64,000 bases of DNA. Source: Candidatus Bathyarchaeota archaeon (GTDB taxonomy: Archaea; Thermoproteota; Bathyarchaeia; Bathyarchaeales; Bathycorpusculaceae). Below are positions 20,339 to 30,298 of the stretch, in pieces (the first letter of the stretch is position 1; the number at the start of each line of letters is the position of its first letter). The translations under genes and the position numbers were made by a program. The notes beneath the pieces are model-generated. The model saw only the letters and a list, made by a program, of their open reading frames with translations. It made no database searches and was not told where the DNA came from. The stretch is from NCBI GenBank assembly GCA_963767735.1, contig CAVYES010000006.1:448001-512000 (forward strand), written 5' to 3'.

Positions 20339-21478
20339 GTGAAAGTAATGGAAAATATCGAAACCTTACCTCAGAAAGTAGTTGACAGAAGAACTGCTAT
20401 TCTAAAATCTCGCTTGGACCCTAATACAGCGAGGCTTATTGGAGAGGACCAAAAAACCAATCTTTTCCAGAAGTTTGGCTTTCTGAAGCCCAGATCCGAC
20501 GACATTTCACTTGTAGGTTTCACTAAATACTATGAATCATACATTGTCATCGGCGGAAAATACTCAATAGATTACTGCAAGAAACATGTATTTGAGATTA
20601 AAGCTGACAATCAAATGAAAAACATTTTCCTCGGCGGCCAAGAGTTCAAATTCGAACCCTTAACCCCGGGAAAGCCCTCTAGATTGCTGAAGCTTGTAGG
20701 TGAGGAGCATTCTCATTATGAAAATGAAACTTATTTCATACTGGATAGACTAATGAGAGAAGCCAAACCAGAAAAAGTGCCATTAGCCCCTTTTGAAAAT
20801 GAAATGGAAAATCCTGATAATTTTGATGCAGATTTTAGAAAAGCCCGGATCTCTTTGGAAGAAGAAATAAATTTTCTTAGGTCCAAGATAGTGAAACGAC
20901 CTTCAGATGCGGACGCGATTATTAAAGAAATTTTTGAAATCACCGAACGCTTAACGATTTACAAACCGAATTATGAGCTTTCTTTCCAAAATGTTAAGAA
21001 CGCAAAAGAAGTTACAGTTTATATTGATGGTATCACTGGTAAACTAACAATAGCTAAATTTACTAAAGTATCAGAAAAAGTTGGGTCAACCGAAAATGCG
21101 GACCCAAAAAATTTTCCGAAAATAAATGCACAAATTTTTCAAGAAAACCCGAAAAAAGAAACTTTAATTGACCCATCAATTTCAAATGAACCTTTAAACG
21201 ATTCGAGTCAAAATAAAACCTTGGAAAAAGTAACAAGTGCAACACCTATTTCTGAAGCAGAATCAAAGTTTGATATAGAAAATGCGATCACTTTGGCGTC
21301 TGATTCTTTGAGGCATTTAGGTCTTAAAAATAAGATAAAACCATTAAAAGTGTCCTTAGACGGTGAATTGTATGTAGTGGAGCTAAGTCTCCAAAACAAA
21401 ACAGCCAAAGTGTTAGTCAACGCTAAAACGAAGGAAGTTAAAGAATATGAAATTCAAGATTTAACCTCTAACTACTAA
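20339..21478 (+). CDS. Hypothetical protein with possible C-terminal PepSY-like domain
   Basis: 379-aa ORF; C-terminal YVVEL...VLVNAKTKEV. Confidence 0.75.
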   Translation: MKVMENIETLPQKVVDRRTAILKSRLDPNTARLIGEDQKTNLFQKFGFLKPRSDDISLVGFTKYYESYIVIGGKYSIDYCKKHVFEIKADNQMKNIFLGGQEFKFEPLTPGKPSRLLKLVGEEHSHYENETYFILDRLMREAKPEKVPLAPFENEMENPDNFDADFRKARISLEEEINFLRSKIVKRPSDADAIIKEIFEITERLTIYKPNYELSFQNVKNAKEVTVYIDGITGKLTIAKFTKVSEKVGSTENADPKNFPKINAQIFQENPKKETLIDPSISNEPLNDSSQNKTLEKVTSATPISEAESKFDIENAITLASDSLRHLGLKNKIKPLKVSLDGELYVVELSLQNKTAKVLVNAKTKEVKEYEIQDLTSNY

Positions 21479-21709
21479 TCTTTCAGATTCGGCTTTTCGA
21501 GAAAAAGGGTGTCGGAACAGTAGCATCTAAAAAACCTAGAATGTTTATTTCGGCAATTAATTTATGGAGCTTGTAACCTTTCTAATAGCCAAACGTGACA
21601 ATTTTTTCCAAAAAGTCCCCAAAAAGATTAAAAAATCAAAACTTGCTTTGAAATTCATAAATGTTATTAGTTTGTCAAATATTCTCCTTTTAGAGCCTGA
21701 GGAGTTATT

Positions 21710-22117
21710 GTGGGCTATCAAACTGATTGTTTAGAATCTAAACAGAAGCGAAAAGAAGCTGTTAGCGTCTTTAGGGAATTATGGTCCGCTGGGAATTCCC
21801 CTTTGCACCGAATGTATTCTTCTTGGGAGGAGCTTGAAAGAAACATTGAGGTGAAATCAGATGACGAAGCCACCATGAAGAAACCTAAGATACGGTCATG
21901 CCCGCATTGTGGTGTTAAGCAAGCCATAACCAAGCCGCTAGACGGAATTTTTCCGTATCTGAATTGTGAATCATGTAAGCGTCCTTTTTTCATTGAGAAT
22001 AATTTGTCTGTTCGAAAACTCACTGAAGAAGAGGAACTGGAAATTCCTGAAGCATGGATTCGAATAGTTGAAGATTTAACCAAAAAGAAAGTTGCAGTAG
22101 TTTTAAAATTTGAATAG
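21710..22117 (+). CDS. Zn-ribbon protein
   Basis: CPHC...CESC; GAGGAG SD. Confidence 0.75.
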   Translation: MGYQTDCLESKQKRKEAVSVFRELWSAGNSPLHRMYSSWEELERNIEVKSDDEATMKKPKIRSCPHCGVKQAITKPLDGIFPYLNCESCKRPFFIENNLSVRKLTEEEELEIPEAWIRIVEDLTKKKVAVVLKFE

Positions 22118-22207
22118 TACAGAAGAGATTTTGAATCCGTATCTATAACAAATAAACGTTATATATTTAGGAAAAAGTTGTGAAGTGGACAATGCTGGGC
22201 GAGAAAA

Positions 22208-22666
22208 ATGCACAACACTCAAAGGCGTAACCAAAGCACAGTACCTAGATTGGGTGAAGAGTCATTCAGTGTTGAAATAACCGTTGACACTGATATTTCC
22301 TTTTATAAAGTGCTGATGGAAGCCGTTGAAGAAGCTTTTTCTTCTTTGGGTGAACCCGTAGCAGAGAAAATTTTCTGCACTTTGGAAAAAAGTTTTGGAC
22401 TCAAACGGAGTGAGATTCCATTTAGGATTGAAGCCTTTTCGGATGCGATCGAGAAAATTTTCGGTCTTGGCGCTATGCCCTTGGAGATTTCGGTAATAAA
22501 ACAGCTCCACAAAAAGGCTGCCACTGAATACATGTGGGAGGCTCCCCAATGGGTTGTCCAGGAATTAACGTTTAGAGAATACGTCAACATGGTTAAACAA
22601 AACTTTGAACAATCCAGTAGAAAACTCGAGTTATCAAAGAGTGGACTCAAAGAACAACCAACCTGA
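22208..22666 (+). CDS. DUF3227/NitrOD5-like helical protein
   Basis: EAVEEAFSSLGE...EIP..IEAFSDAIEKIFG pattern. Confidence 0.65.
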   Translation: MHNTQRRNQSTVPRLGEESFSVEITVDTDISFYKVLMEAVEEAFSSLGEPVAEKIFCTLEKSFGLKRSEIPFRIEAFSDAIEKIFGLGAMPLEISVIKQLHKKAATEYMWEAPQWVVQELTFREYVNMVKQNFEQSSRKLELSKSGLKEQPT

Positions 22667-22848
22667 AAACAAAATCGTTATTTCTCCGCGCTTTACTGAT
22701 AATTACGAAGCGGGCTTTAAATTGCCTAGCGAATAAATTGAGGCGACTGGGGTTGACTTTTCAGCAAGTTTACAACTCTAACAGTCCGCTTTGCGGCTGG
22801 TTGTGCGTTGTCGGTTGGTGGCTGGATCAATTTAATTAGTTACAAGTT

Positions 22849-23511
22849 TTATGTACCAGGCGTTTTTTTCAAACGGGTGGCGAGGTAAGTGGACACGACG
22901 GCCAACCAAAGAAGGACGGACCCAAGAAAAAGCCGTTCAGTAAGCCCACCTACGTGTGCATTTAGATGAGGCAATAAGAAGGGCAATCCGAACTCGATAA
23001 TCCACAAGACAATGACAATTATTGATAGCGGCAGCGCGGTGCGCTTCAAGTCTCCAAACTCTCGATTTTGCGTTAGTTTCAGTGAGATGGCAACTATTCC
23101 GAACGCTCCGCCGATAAAGGCGATAATCGCGACAGCAAGATGAATCGCTCCATGCCACGATATAGGTGTTGATGGTACGTCAGTTGGAAATATTGCAAGA
23201 AGAAATGCTCCAACCGCCCATGCGCCGAGCAAGTACGTGCCCGTTCGAAATTGAGATCGGGCAACTCCCGCATAGTCCAATGTTCGAAGGAAAGCAAAAA
23301 TGAACAGGAGTGAAAGGAGGCCGCGGTTGAGGAAGTTTATGGTCATGATGAACCCGAACTTGCCTACGGCTAGGTCGCTTTCCGCTTGGCTGATTGGGCT
23401 GTAATGTGGCGGCAAAAGTTGAGCTATCACGTCGAGAACCACGTATAGAGCTATCCCTAAGATGACTATCCAGAAAAGCTTCGCGGAACCCGATTTCTTG
23501 ACTTTATCCAT
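22849..23511 (-). CDS. DUF998 membrane protein
   Basis: YSPISQAESDLAVG, FPTD, HGAIH, GLTERL. Confidence 0.85.
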   Translation of the reverse strand: MDKVKKSGSAKLFWIVILGIALYVVLDVIAQLLPPHYSPISQAESDLAVGKFGFIMTINFLNRGLLSLLFIFAFLRTLDYAGVARSQFRTGTYLLGAWAVGAFLLAIFPTDVPSTPISWHGAIHLAVAIIAFIGGAFGIVAISLKLTQNREFGDLKRTALPLSIIVIVLWIIEFGLPFLLPHLNAHVGGLTERLFLGSVLLWLAVVSTYLATRLKKTPGT

Positions 23512-23632
23512 TACTAGAACCGTTAACTTGAAAAGCAATTAAACTTATTGCTCTTCCCTTCCAGCCTCTTTTGCTCTTTCTCTTGAATGCTTTAACGTTT
23601 CAAAGGAAGCAGATGTTTCTCGCTTGTTTCTT

Positions 23633-24058
23633 TTAGTCTATCGGTTTTGACCATCCGCCATTGCTGAACCTTGCCAGGCAACCGAAAGGAAGTGATAACA
23701 GTAAATCGATTATGGCTATGGTTGGCAGAAATGGTAAGCTGAAGGTTATCTGTAATACAAGATTGAGGGTTGAGAAAGCGAGCAGTAGGAAAATTCCGTT
23801 TAGCCAGAAGCCCACTTGCCAGCCTCTGGTTTTGTGCAGGCTGTTAATCACCGCTATGTTGGTGACGCCTAGTATTAACGGTTGAACAAAATATGTGATG
23901 GCTATTAAAAACGCAAAGCCTATGGGAGGCATATAATCCATAAAAGAACCCTGTACATCGTTGAGCAAAACTTGAATAACAATTAAAATGACAACTATTA
24001 TTAAGCCTTGAAATAGCAGTTTTTCAATTAAGTGCAAATGTCTGAAGTGGTTGATCAT
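23633..24058 (-). CDS. Hypothetical membrane protein
   Basis: About 4 hydrophobic segments; directly downstream of the GH-like gene. Confidence 0.7.
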   Translation of the reverse strand: MINHFRHLHLIEKLLFQGLIIVVILIVIQVLLNDVQGSFMDYMPPIGFAFLIAITYFVQPLILGVTNIAVINSLHKTRGWQVGFWLNGIFLLLAFSTLNLVLQITFSLPFLPTIAIIDLLLSLPFGCLARFSNGGWSKPID

Positions 24059-24065
24059 TTTATTG

Positions 24066-24995
24066 TTACTTAGCGTTTTGTGCAATCCAGTCACCTACCG
24101 CCGTTTCTGTTGATGTACCCCGAATTCCATAATTATCATATTCACTATTCCAGTACACGATCCAGCAGCCTTTAAGCCCCATGCTCTTGAAAAGGTTAAG
24201 CCCGCTGATGATGTAGTTGGTTTGCGCGGCGCTGTCGTTTGTTGACATGCCAAACTCAGTTATTACCACGTTTTTGTGAGTTATCGCATGCAGGGTTTGA
24301 ATAAACAGCGGAGATAAAGTGAGGAAGGAATTCATATAAACGTCTAATCCGACGAAATTGAGTTTTTGGCTAAGATCAATCGGAATGTTCGTTCTCAGGA
24401 CGTAACCGATTCCAAAGTTTGTGTACAGTTGCGCTGAAAGGTGATGAGATTCAACAGCTGCATACAGAGTGTTAAAGGTAGACATAATTTCGTCGTCTGT
24501 AAACAATGCGCCGACATCCCAGCTGGAAGATGTTTCAGGCTCATTCATGATTTGGATGTACGTCAAGTTGCCGCCCCAGCGGTCAAGGTAATAATTAACA
24601 TCGTAAACAGTCTCATCGTTTGGAATTACAAGAGCAACAGCTAACCTGTAATGGCTGGATGCCGAGAAAAGCATGTCCGTCTTCTGATTTATCAAATCAT
24701 TATACTCAAGCGGGTTGCACTGAAAATTTATGCGCATAACTTTGAAACCTAAATCATAGATCTGTGCAACCTGCCCATAAATTTCGCTCAGGTTATCCTG
24801 CTCGTAAACGTAATGTATGCCCACTTGGAAATTTGAATTTGGGTCTCTTTGGGCTGAGGAATAATAGTTGTATGGGTAGAAAATTTGGATAAAGAAAAAC
24901 ATAACACATAGCGTGATAACAATGAGATTTTTCACCAAGCTCTTGTTCGTAAACCTAACTAAACCCTGCCATAGGTTTGAGGCAAGCTTGCTCAT
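24066..24995 (-). CDS. Membrane-anchored clan GH-A-like glycoside hydrolase (TIM barrel)
   Basis: N-terminal TM; acid/base IMNEP and nucleophile VITEFG motifs. Confidence 0.75.
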   Translation of the reverse strand: MSKLASNLWQGLVRFTNKSLVKNLIVITLCVMFFFIQIFYPYNYYSSAQRDPNSNFQVGIHYVYEQDNLSEIYGQVAQIYDLGFKVMRINFQCNPLEYNDLINQKTDMLFSASSHYRLAVALVIPNDETVYDVNYYLDRWGGNLTYIQIMNEPETSSSWDVGALFTDDEIMSTFNTLYAAVESHHLSAQLYTNFGIGYVLRTNIPIDLSQKLNFVGLDVYMNSFLTLSPLFIQTLHAITHKNVVITEFGMSTNDSAAQTNYIISGLNLFKSMGLKGCWIVYWNSEYDNYGIRGTSTETAVGDWIAQNAK

Positions 24996-25434
24996 AACCT
25001 ATTGTGTAGGGGTATTACGCTTTTATATTTTGGTGAAACTTAGGAAAGTGGTTTCTGAGAATAACACGCCAATTAAGATATCGGGTACTTTCACAACTCC
25101 GTATATACTTTAACGGTCTGAAAATGCCAACAGAAATAGCTCTTGAAATTCTATATGCTAATACCTCTTTTCCGATTAAGGGGAATCCTGCCTATACGCT
25201 TAGATTTAGCTGGAAATGTACGCATTGCGGAGAAATGAATCAAGATGACACTGCAACAGAGTGCAGCCATAGTAAATCTAAACGAATAATGTAAGTTTTT
25301 TCTTAGTCACGGGAAATACTAACTATTCACCTTTTCCCTTCAACACTTTTTTATTAATTGGTTTAAGTTTCATTGATGATAAGTCTTAAACAAAATTTAT
25401 ATTTTCTCCTCCTTAGAATGTATTGGGCTTCAAA

Positions 25435-25716
25435 ATGACTGAGAAAGAAATTAGTAAAATAGAAAAAGGTAAGAGAGATATTGAAACAATAAAGGCAGAA
25501 GTTACTGCAAAGTTGGAAGGAATGAAATTGGCCGCTCTGAGTCCAAATGAAAAAGACTTGGTAATAATTCTTGAATCTTTAGTTAGTGGTTTTTTAACTA
25601 TCGGAGAAGGCTTGCTTTCATCCAAAGAAGAACAACTTAGACTAACTCAAAGCTTAAACAGTTTAGAAACAAGAATCAAAACCTTAGAGCAAGAAATTAT
25701 AGCCCTAAAAAAATAG
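25435..25716 (+). CDS. Small coiled-coil hypothetical protein
   Basis: Heptad pattern LTQSLNSLETRIKTLEQEI. Confidence 0.65.
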   Translation: MTEKEISKIEKGKRDIETIKAEVTAKLEGMKLAALSPNEKDLVIILESLVSGFLTIGEGLLSSKEEQLRLTQSLNSLETRIKTLEQEIIALKK

Positions 25717-25798
25717 CTTGAACAATTAACCAAAGCCGATAGGTAGTCAATAGTAGCTAAGTTTTCATAAAGATAAGTCTTAAATCTGCATGGTGTAG

Positions 25799-25945
25799 TT
25801 AAGCTCCTTCTTCAGCAACTTTATCTTTAGCAAGCAAGAATTCGACATATTCTCTTATTGTGCGGTTGGCTTCTTCAGCTCTTATTTTGACCTCTTGGTG
25901 AACTTGGTCGGTGACTGTAATAGTTTTGAATCCTTTACGTGGCAA
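25799..25945 (-). CDS. Small RHH-type DNA-binding protein (48 aa, not in ORF track)
   Basis: TTG start after GGAGCTGAT SD; MPRKGFKTITVTDQVHQEVKIRAEEANRTIREYVEFLL. Confidence 0.75.
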   Translation of the reverse strand: MPRKGFKTITVTDQVHQEVKIRAEEANRTIREYVEFLLAKDKVAEEGA

Positions 25946-26082
25946 AAACTATCAGCTCCCAAAAGTAGGGTTACCGTACAATCAATATATAATTAATGGT
26001 GACACACAATGTTGTAACAAAGACATATGGTGAAACCTTAAATGAACATGCGTACGCTAACTAATTTGGAGAGGTAAACAAA

Positions 26083-26286
26083 ACGCCGAAGAAAGGCTAC
26101 AAAAGCATCACCGTAAAAGCTGAAGTTTACGATTACTTTTTTAACGAGTGGTTGAAGGTCAAAGAGGAATACGCAATTAAAAAAGGCAATAACAGCTTCT
26201 CAGCATACATTACCTACCTCTTAACTCAGCTGATGAACGAAGAAAAGAAATGTACAGCAAAAAATAAACTTGGACAGAATTCATAG
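26083..26286 (+). CDS. Small RHH-type DNA-binding protein (67 aa, ACG start, not in ORF track)
   Basis: GGAGAGGT SD then ACG-CCG-AAG; (M)PKKGYKSITVKAEVYDYF...SFSAYITYLL. Confidence 0.65.
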   Translation, partial: TPKKGYKSITVKAEVYDYFFNEWLKVKEEYAIKKGNNSFSAYITYLLTQLMNEEKKCTAKNKLGQNS

Positions 26287-26633
26287 ACATTAAACGATTA
26301 TGGCTATTTCCGAGAGCATTCAAGGGTTAAGATGATCTTACTAAAATTACTAAGACGATTTAAGGCTTAACACTATACCTACCAACGAAATTTTACTAAA
26401 TGTTTCAAGCGATCTTAAGGCACGGTCTCGGTAAAATCAAAGTTTCTTTATAGTAAAAGTTTAAGTTCTATTTGGAACAAATGTGTTCTTTAGAAGGTCT
26501 TTAGGATGTACTTTAAGAAAGTGCGGGAGAAACCTTTTCACGTATCAATTTATTAAACTAAATAATAAAATTCTCTCTAAAAAAGCTATAACTTACATTT
26601 TAAGAATCAATAGCCCCCAAACCAGTGTTTAGT

Positions 26634-28172
26634 ATGAAACGCCTCGCTTGCATTATTCTGATCGTAACAATTCTTGTTAGCGGGCTATTTTTTGTTGAAA
26701 CCGCTTATGCACAAATTCCTGCTGGCATAACAATTTCCAGCAACGAGGAATGGACAATATCGCAAAGCCCAGTAAATTTTAACGGAACTGTAACTGTGGC
26801 CAGTGGTGTGACTTTAACGATTGATCCAGGTGTAACTGTCAACTTAGGAATGTACTCTTTGCTTGTATATGGTACGTTAATTGCCCAAGGTAACTCTAGT
26901 AGCCAAATTGTATTTGCTGCCACCGTTAACGTTAACTCGGGTAACCTGACCTTGCAAAATAATCTGGTTGTGCCGATTATTTTTTCATCTTTGAACGCCG
27001 TGACTAGTTCGGGGTCAATTATTCAAAACGCGATTTTAGATGGAGTATATCTTGCGATAGATGGTGCATCGCCCGAAATAGACAACTGCCTTTTTAATTT
27101 TGCCACAGGAGTCTCGCCGATTAGCATAAATGGCGGTTCACCCGTAATCTCCAACAATACCATAAATTTCAATGCCCAAAGTATTCAAGGTTTTGGCGGT
27201 GGCGTCGACGGCATTAACGTATTCGGCGGATCCCCGCTAATAGCCAGCAACCAGTTTGAAGGAGACTTCTTGGGCTACAGCAACATAGGAATCTATGTGA
27301 GTTCGGAAGTTTCAGGAACTCCAATAATAAATAATAATTCATTCGTAGCACAGTACGGCAATAACAGCGAAGGCATAAGCGTCGTCTCAGGCAGTCCACA
27401 GATAACTAACAATCAGTTTGAAGGCGGCGGATACCTCAATGGCATTATTGACTCGTCGTCTTCTTACATCACCATTTCAAACAATACGTTCTCAAACTGT
27501 TTATCAGGCATCACAGCGCAAGCTCAAAGCACATTGACGGTTCAAGGCAACTTCTTTTTGAGAGGAACAGATGGTATAGACATTATATCGGGAGCAGCAT
27601 CATTAACAATCACTGATAACCTGATCGATAGCAACTCTCGGTACGGAATCAACGGGGGCGGAAGCATAACTTCCAACACTATCAGCAACAACCAAATAGG
27701 AATACATAATCCCCCATCAGGTGTAATCAGCTACAATAACATCGTCGGCAACTCCATAAACAGCGTTACCGCCACCGTTGATAATATTGATGCGGCGAAC
27801 AATTGGTGGGGAATAACCGACACCGCAACAATCAACCGAACAATCTATGACTCAAAAGTCGATTGTCACCTCGGAACAGTCACGTTTACTCCATTCTTAA
27901 CCCAACCGAGCACCTCCGCACCAACCATCCCGAGTTATACGCCCACTATTACTCCTGTTCCATCACCAGTGCCACCCTCAACGCTAACCGACGAACCTGT
28001 ATTAGCGCCAACGTCAACGTCAGATCAAGATTCGCCATCATTCGTAAATCAAGTGGGCACGTTGCTGAACTTGAACGTAATCACAACCGTCACTGCAATT
28101 GTATTGGTCATAGTATGGATGATTGTAATATTAGGGTACGCGGCGAAAAGAGGCATCTCGAAATACAGATAA
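26634..28172 (+). CDS. Surface protein with right-handed beta-helix (NosD/pectin-lyase-like)
   Basis: Signal peptide, GVTLTIDPG, PxIxNNxF repeats, DAANNWWG, Pro/Thr linker, C-terminal TM. Confidence 0.85.
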   Translation: MKRLACIILIVTILVSGLFFVETAYAQIPAGITISSNEEWTISQSPVNFNGTVTVASGVTLTIDPGVTVNLGMYSLLVYGTLIAQGNSSSQIVFAATVNVNSGNLTLQNNLVVPIIFSSLNAVTSSGSIIQNAILDGVYLAIDGASPEIDNCLFNFATGVSPISINGGSPVISNNTINFNAQSIQGFGGGVDGINVFGGSPLIASNQFEGDFLGYSNIGIYVSSEVSGTPIINNNSFVAQYGNNSEGISVVSGSPQITNNQFEGGGYLNGIIDSSSSYITISNNTFSNCLSGITAQAQSTLTVQGNFFLRGTDGIDIISGAASLTITDNLIDSNSRYGINGGGSITSNTISNNQIGIHNPPSGVISYNNIVGNSINSVTATVDNIDAANNWWGITDTATINRTIYDSKVDCHLGTVTFTPFLTQPSTSAPTIPSYTPTITPVPSPVPPSTLTDEPVLAPTSTSDQDSPSFVNQVGTLLNLNVITTVTAIVLVIVWMIVILGYAAKRGISKYR

Positions 28173-28395
28173 GAATTTTAAAAGCTGGGTTTCACGAGCA
28201 TCTTCAAGGGCGAATCAAAAGGTGTTTCTTCGTATTCTATTTTTATTGAAGCTATTTGGCTATCAGGTTCCCCGTAAACAATTTTATCTAAGAGTTTAAA
28301 TCAATACTCCTTTCCCCGTTACAGTAAGAAGTTTTTTCAGCCTCGTAATGCTTTTCAATGAGTGCCAAAATATCATATGTAAAGGTGCAGGAAAA

Positions 28396-29199
28396 TTGAA
28401 CGAGGCGAAACCAGTAATCCTTAAAATCGGCGGTTCAGCCATCACTGACAAAACAGGGGAACTAGCCGCAAAAACTGAAATCATAAATCGCTTAGCGGAG
28501 GAAATCAAACGGGCGGATCTTGATAACTTGATTATCGTGCATGGCGGCGGAAGCTTTGGTCACCCGACCGCTGCGAAGTACGGCATAAAAGACGGCTACA
28601 AAGAAGACCCGACGCAAAAACTCGGCTTCGCTGAAACCCACCACGTCATGACAGTGCTCAACGGGCTAGTCATGGACGCGCTTATTTGGCATGAAATTCC
28701 CGCCATAAGCATTGCACCATCATCCTGTATCATAACAGAAAACGGCAAAATCAAATTTTTCGACGAAACCGTGCTTAAATCAATGGAGAAAATGTTGTTT
28801 AAGCCCGTCATGTACGGCGATGCAGTTTTAGACGATAAATTAGGCTTCACAATTCTCTCAGGCGACCAGTTGGTTGCTTACTTAGCCATCAAGTACAAAG
28901 CTTCAAAAATCGTAGTAGGCGTTGACACAGACGGCTTGTTTGACTGTGACCCGAAAACTAACCCCAACGCCAAACCATACAAGCACTTAACGTTGGCTGA
29001 ACTCAAGCAGATTCAACCTAAAATAGGCAAAGCAGCAGGCGCGGACGTCACAGGCGGCATGGCGGGAAAAATAGCGGAGCTGATCCCAGCCATCGAGCAG
29101 GGCGTGCGCGTTACTGTCACAGGTGCTACAAAAGGCTTATCCATTTACAGGGCACTAACCGACCAAAGCGTCATGGGCACTGAAATCGAGAAGGCGTAA
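28396..29199 (+). CDS. ipk: Isopentenyl phosphate kinase
   Basis: ILKIGGSAITDK, VHGGGSFGH, SGD, DVTGGMAGK. Confidence 0.95.
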   Translation: MNEAKPVILKIGGSAITDKTGELAAKTEIINRLAEEIKRADLDNLIIVHGGGSFGHPTAAKYGIKDGYKEDPTQKLGFAETHHVMTVLNGLVMDALIWHEIPAISIAPSSCIITENGKIKFFDETVLKSMEKMLFKPVMYGDAVLDDKLGFTILSGDQLVAYLAIKYKASKIVVGVDTDGLFDCDPKTNPNAKPYKHLTLAELKQIQPKIGKAAGADVTGGMAGKIAELIPAIEQGVRVTVTGATKGLSIYRALTDQSVMGTEIEKA

Positions 29200-29200
29200 C

Positions 29201-30298
29201 ATGACTGAAACCGAGAAGCGAAAAGCAGAACACATAAAAATCCTCTTGGAACAAAAAGCCCAAGCCAAAAAAGCCACTACAGGCTTCGAAGACATCCAGC
29301 TGGTCCACCGAGCACTGCCCGAAGTTGACCGACAAAAAATCAACATATCAGCCTCTTTCTTAGGCAAAAAATTGTCAGCACCACTGATTGTCGGTGCTAT
29401 GACTGGCGGAACGGAAGAAGCAACAAAAATAAACGCTTCAATAGCCGAAGCCGTGGAAAAACTTGGTTTAGGTATGGGTGTGGGAAGCCAAAGAGCAGCT
29501 ATCGAAGACCCAAAACTCGAAAAAACCTACAAGATAGCACGCAAAAAAGCGCCAAATGCCTTCTTAATCGCCAACATAGGCGGAGTACAGCTTGTCCACG
29601 GATACGGCTTGAAAGAAGTCAAGAAAGCCGTGGAAATGATAGATGCTGACGCATTGGCCGTTCATTTGAACGCGGTGCAGGAAGCACTTCAACCTGAAGG
29701 ACAAACCAACTTCAAAGGCGTCTTAGCTAAAATCGGCGAAATTGCGGGTGAACTTGACAAACCTGTAATTGTTAAAGAGACCGGCTGCGGGGTTTCAGCG
29801 GAAGATGCTAAAGCGCTTGAAGCTGCAGGAGTAAAAGCCATCGATGTCGGCGGTGTCGGCGGAACAAGTTTTGCAGCGGTTGAATATTACCGTTCAACAA
29901 GCCCAAACAACTTGGGCGAAGTATTCTGGGACTGGGGTATTCCAACAGCCGTAAGCCTAATCGAAACGACTCAGACCGTGAAGATTCCGGTGATTGCTTC
30001 AGGCGGAGTCCGAAGCGGTTTAGACATCGCTAAAGCCGTAGCGTTAAACGCAAATTTAGCCAGTACTTCTCAGCCCGTTCTTGAAGCCGCAGTTAAAGGG
30101 GCAAAGAAAACTGAGAAATTGCTTTCTTGTTTAATCGATGAGTTGTGCAATGTTATGTTTCTTGTGGGCGCTGAGAACCTTGAATCCTTAGCAAAAGTGC
30201 CTGCGGTGATTATTGGAAGAACTGCAGAGTGGCTAAACATCCGAGGTTTCGACACAGTGAAGTATGCGCAGAGGAGCACGTTAACGTTTGAATATTGA
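29201..30298 (+). CDS. fni: Type 2 isopentenyl-diphosphate isomerase
   Basis: RKAEH, AMTGG, GVGSQR, HLN..QE..QPEG, VKETG. Confidence 0.97.
   Translation: MTETEKRKAEHIKILLEQKAQAKKATTGFEDIQLVHRALPEVDRQKINISASFLGKKLSAPLIVGAMTGGTEEATKINASIAEAVEKLGLGMGVGSQRAAIEDPKLEKTYKIARKKAPNAFLIANIGGVQLVHGYGLKEVKKAVEMIDADALAVHLNAVQEALQPEGQTNFKGVLAKIGEIAGELDKPVIVKETGCGVSAEDAKALEAAGVKAIDVGGVGGTSFAAVEYYRSTSPNNLGEVFWDWGIPTAVSLIETTQTVKIPVIASGGVRSGLDIAKAVALNANLASTSQPVLEAAVKGAKKTEKLLSCLIDELCNVMFLVGAENLESLAKVPAVIIGRTAEWLNIRGFDTVKYAQRSTLTFEY

Noticed and set aside
22743-22790. Hairpin as ncRNA
   Set aside because: A weak stem between convergent genes; a terminator or chance explains it
26330-26520. Repeated TTACTAA/TTAAG motifs as replication-origin iterons
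   Set aside because: Short AT-rich words with irregular spacing, no ORB consensus and no adjacent cdc6/orc1
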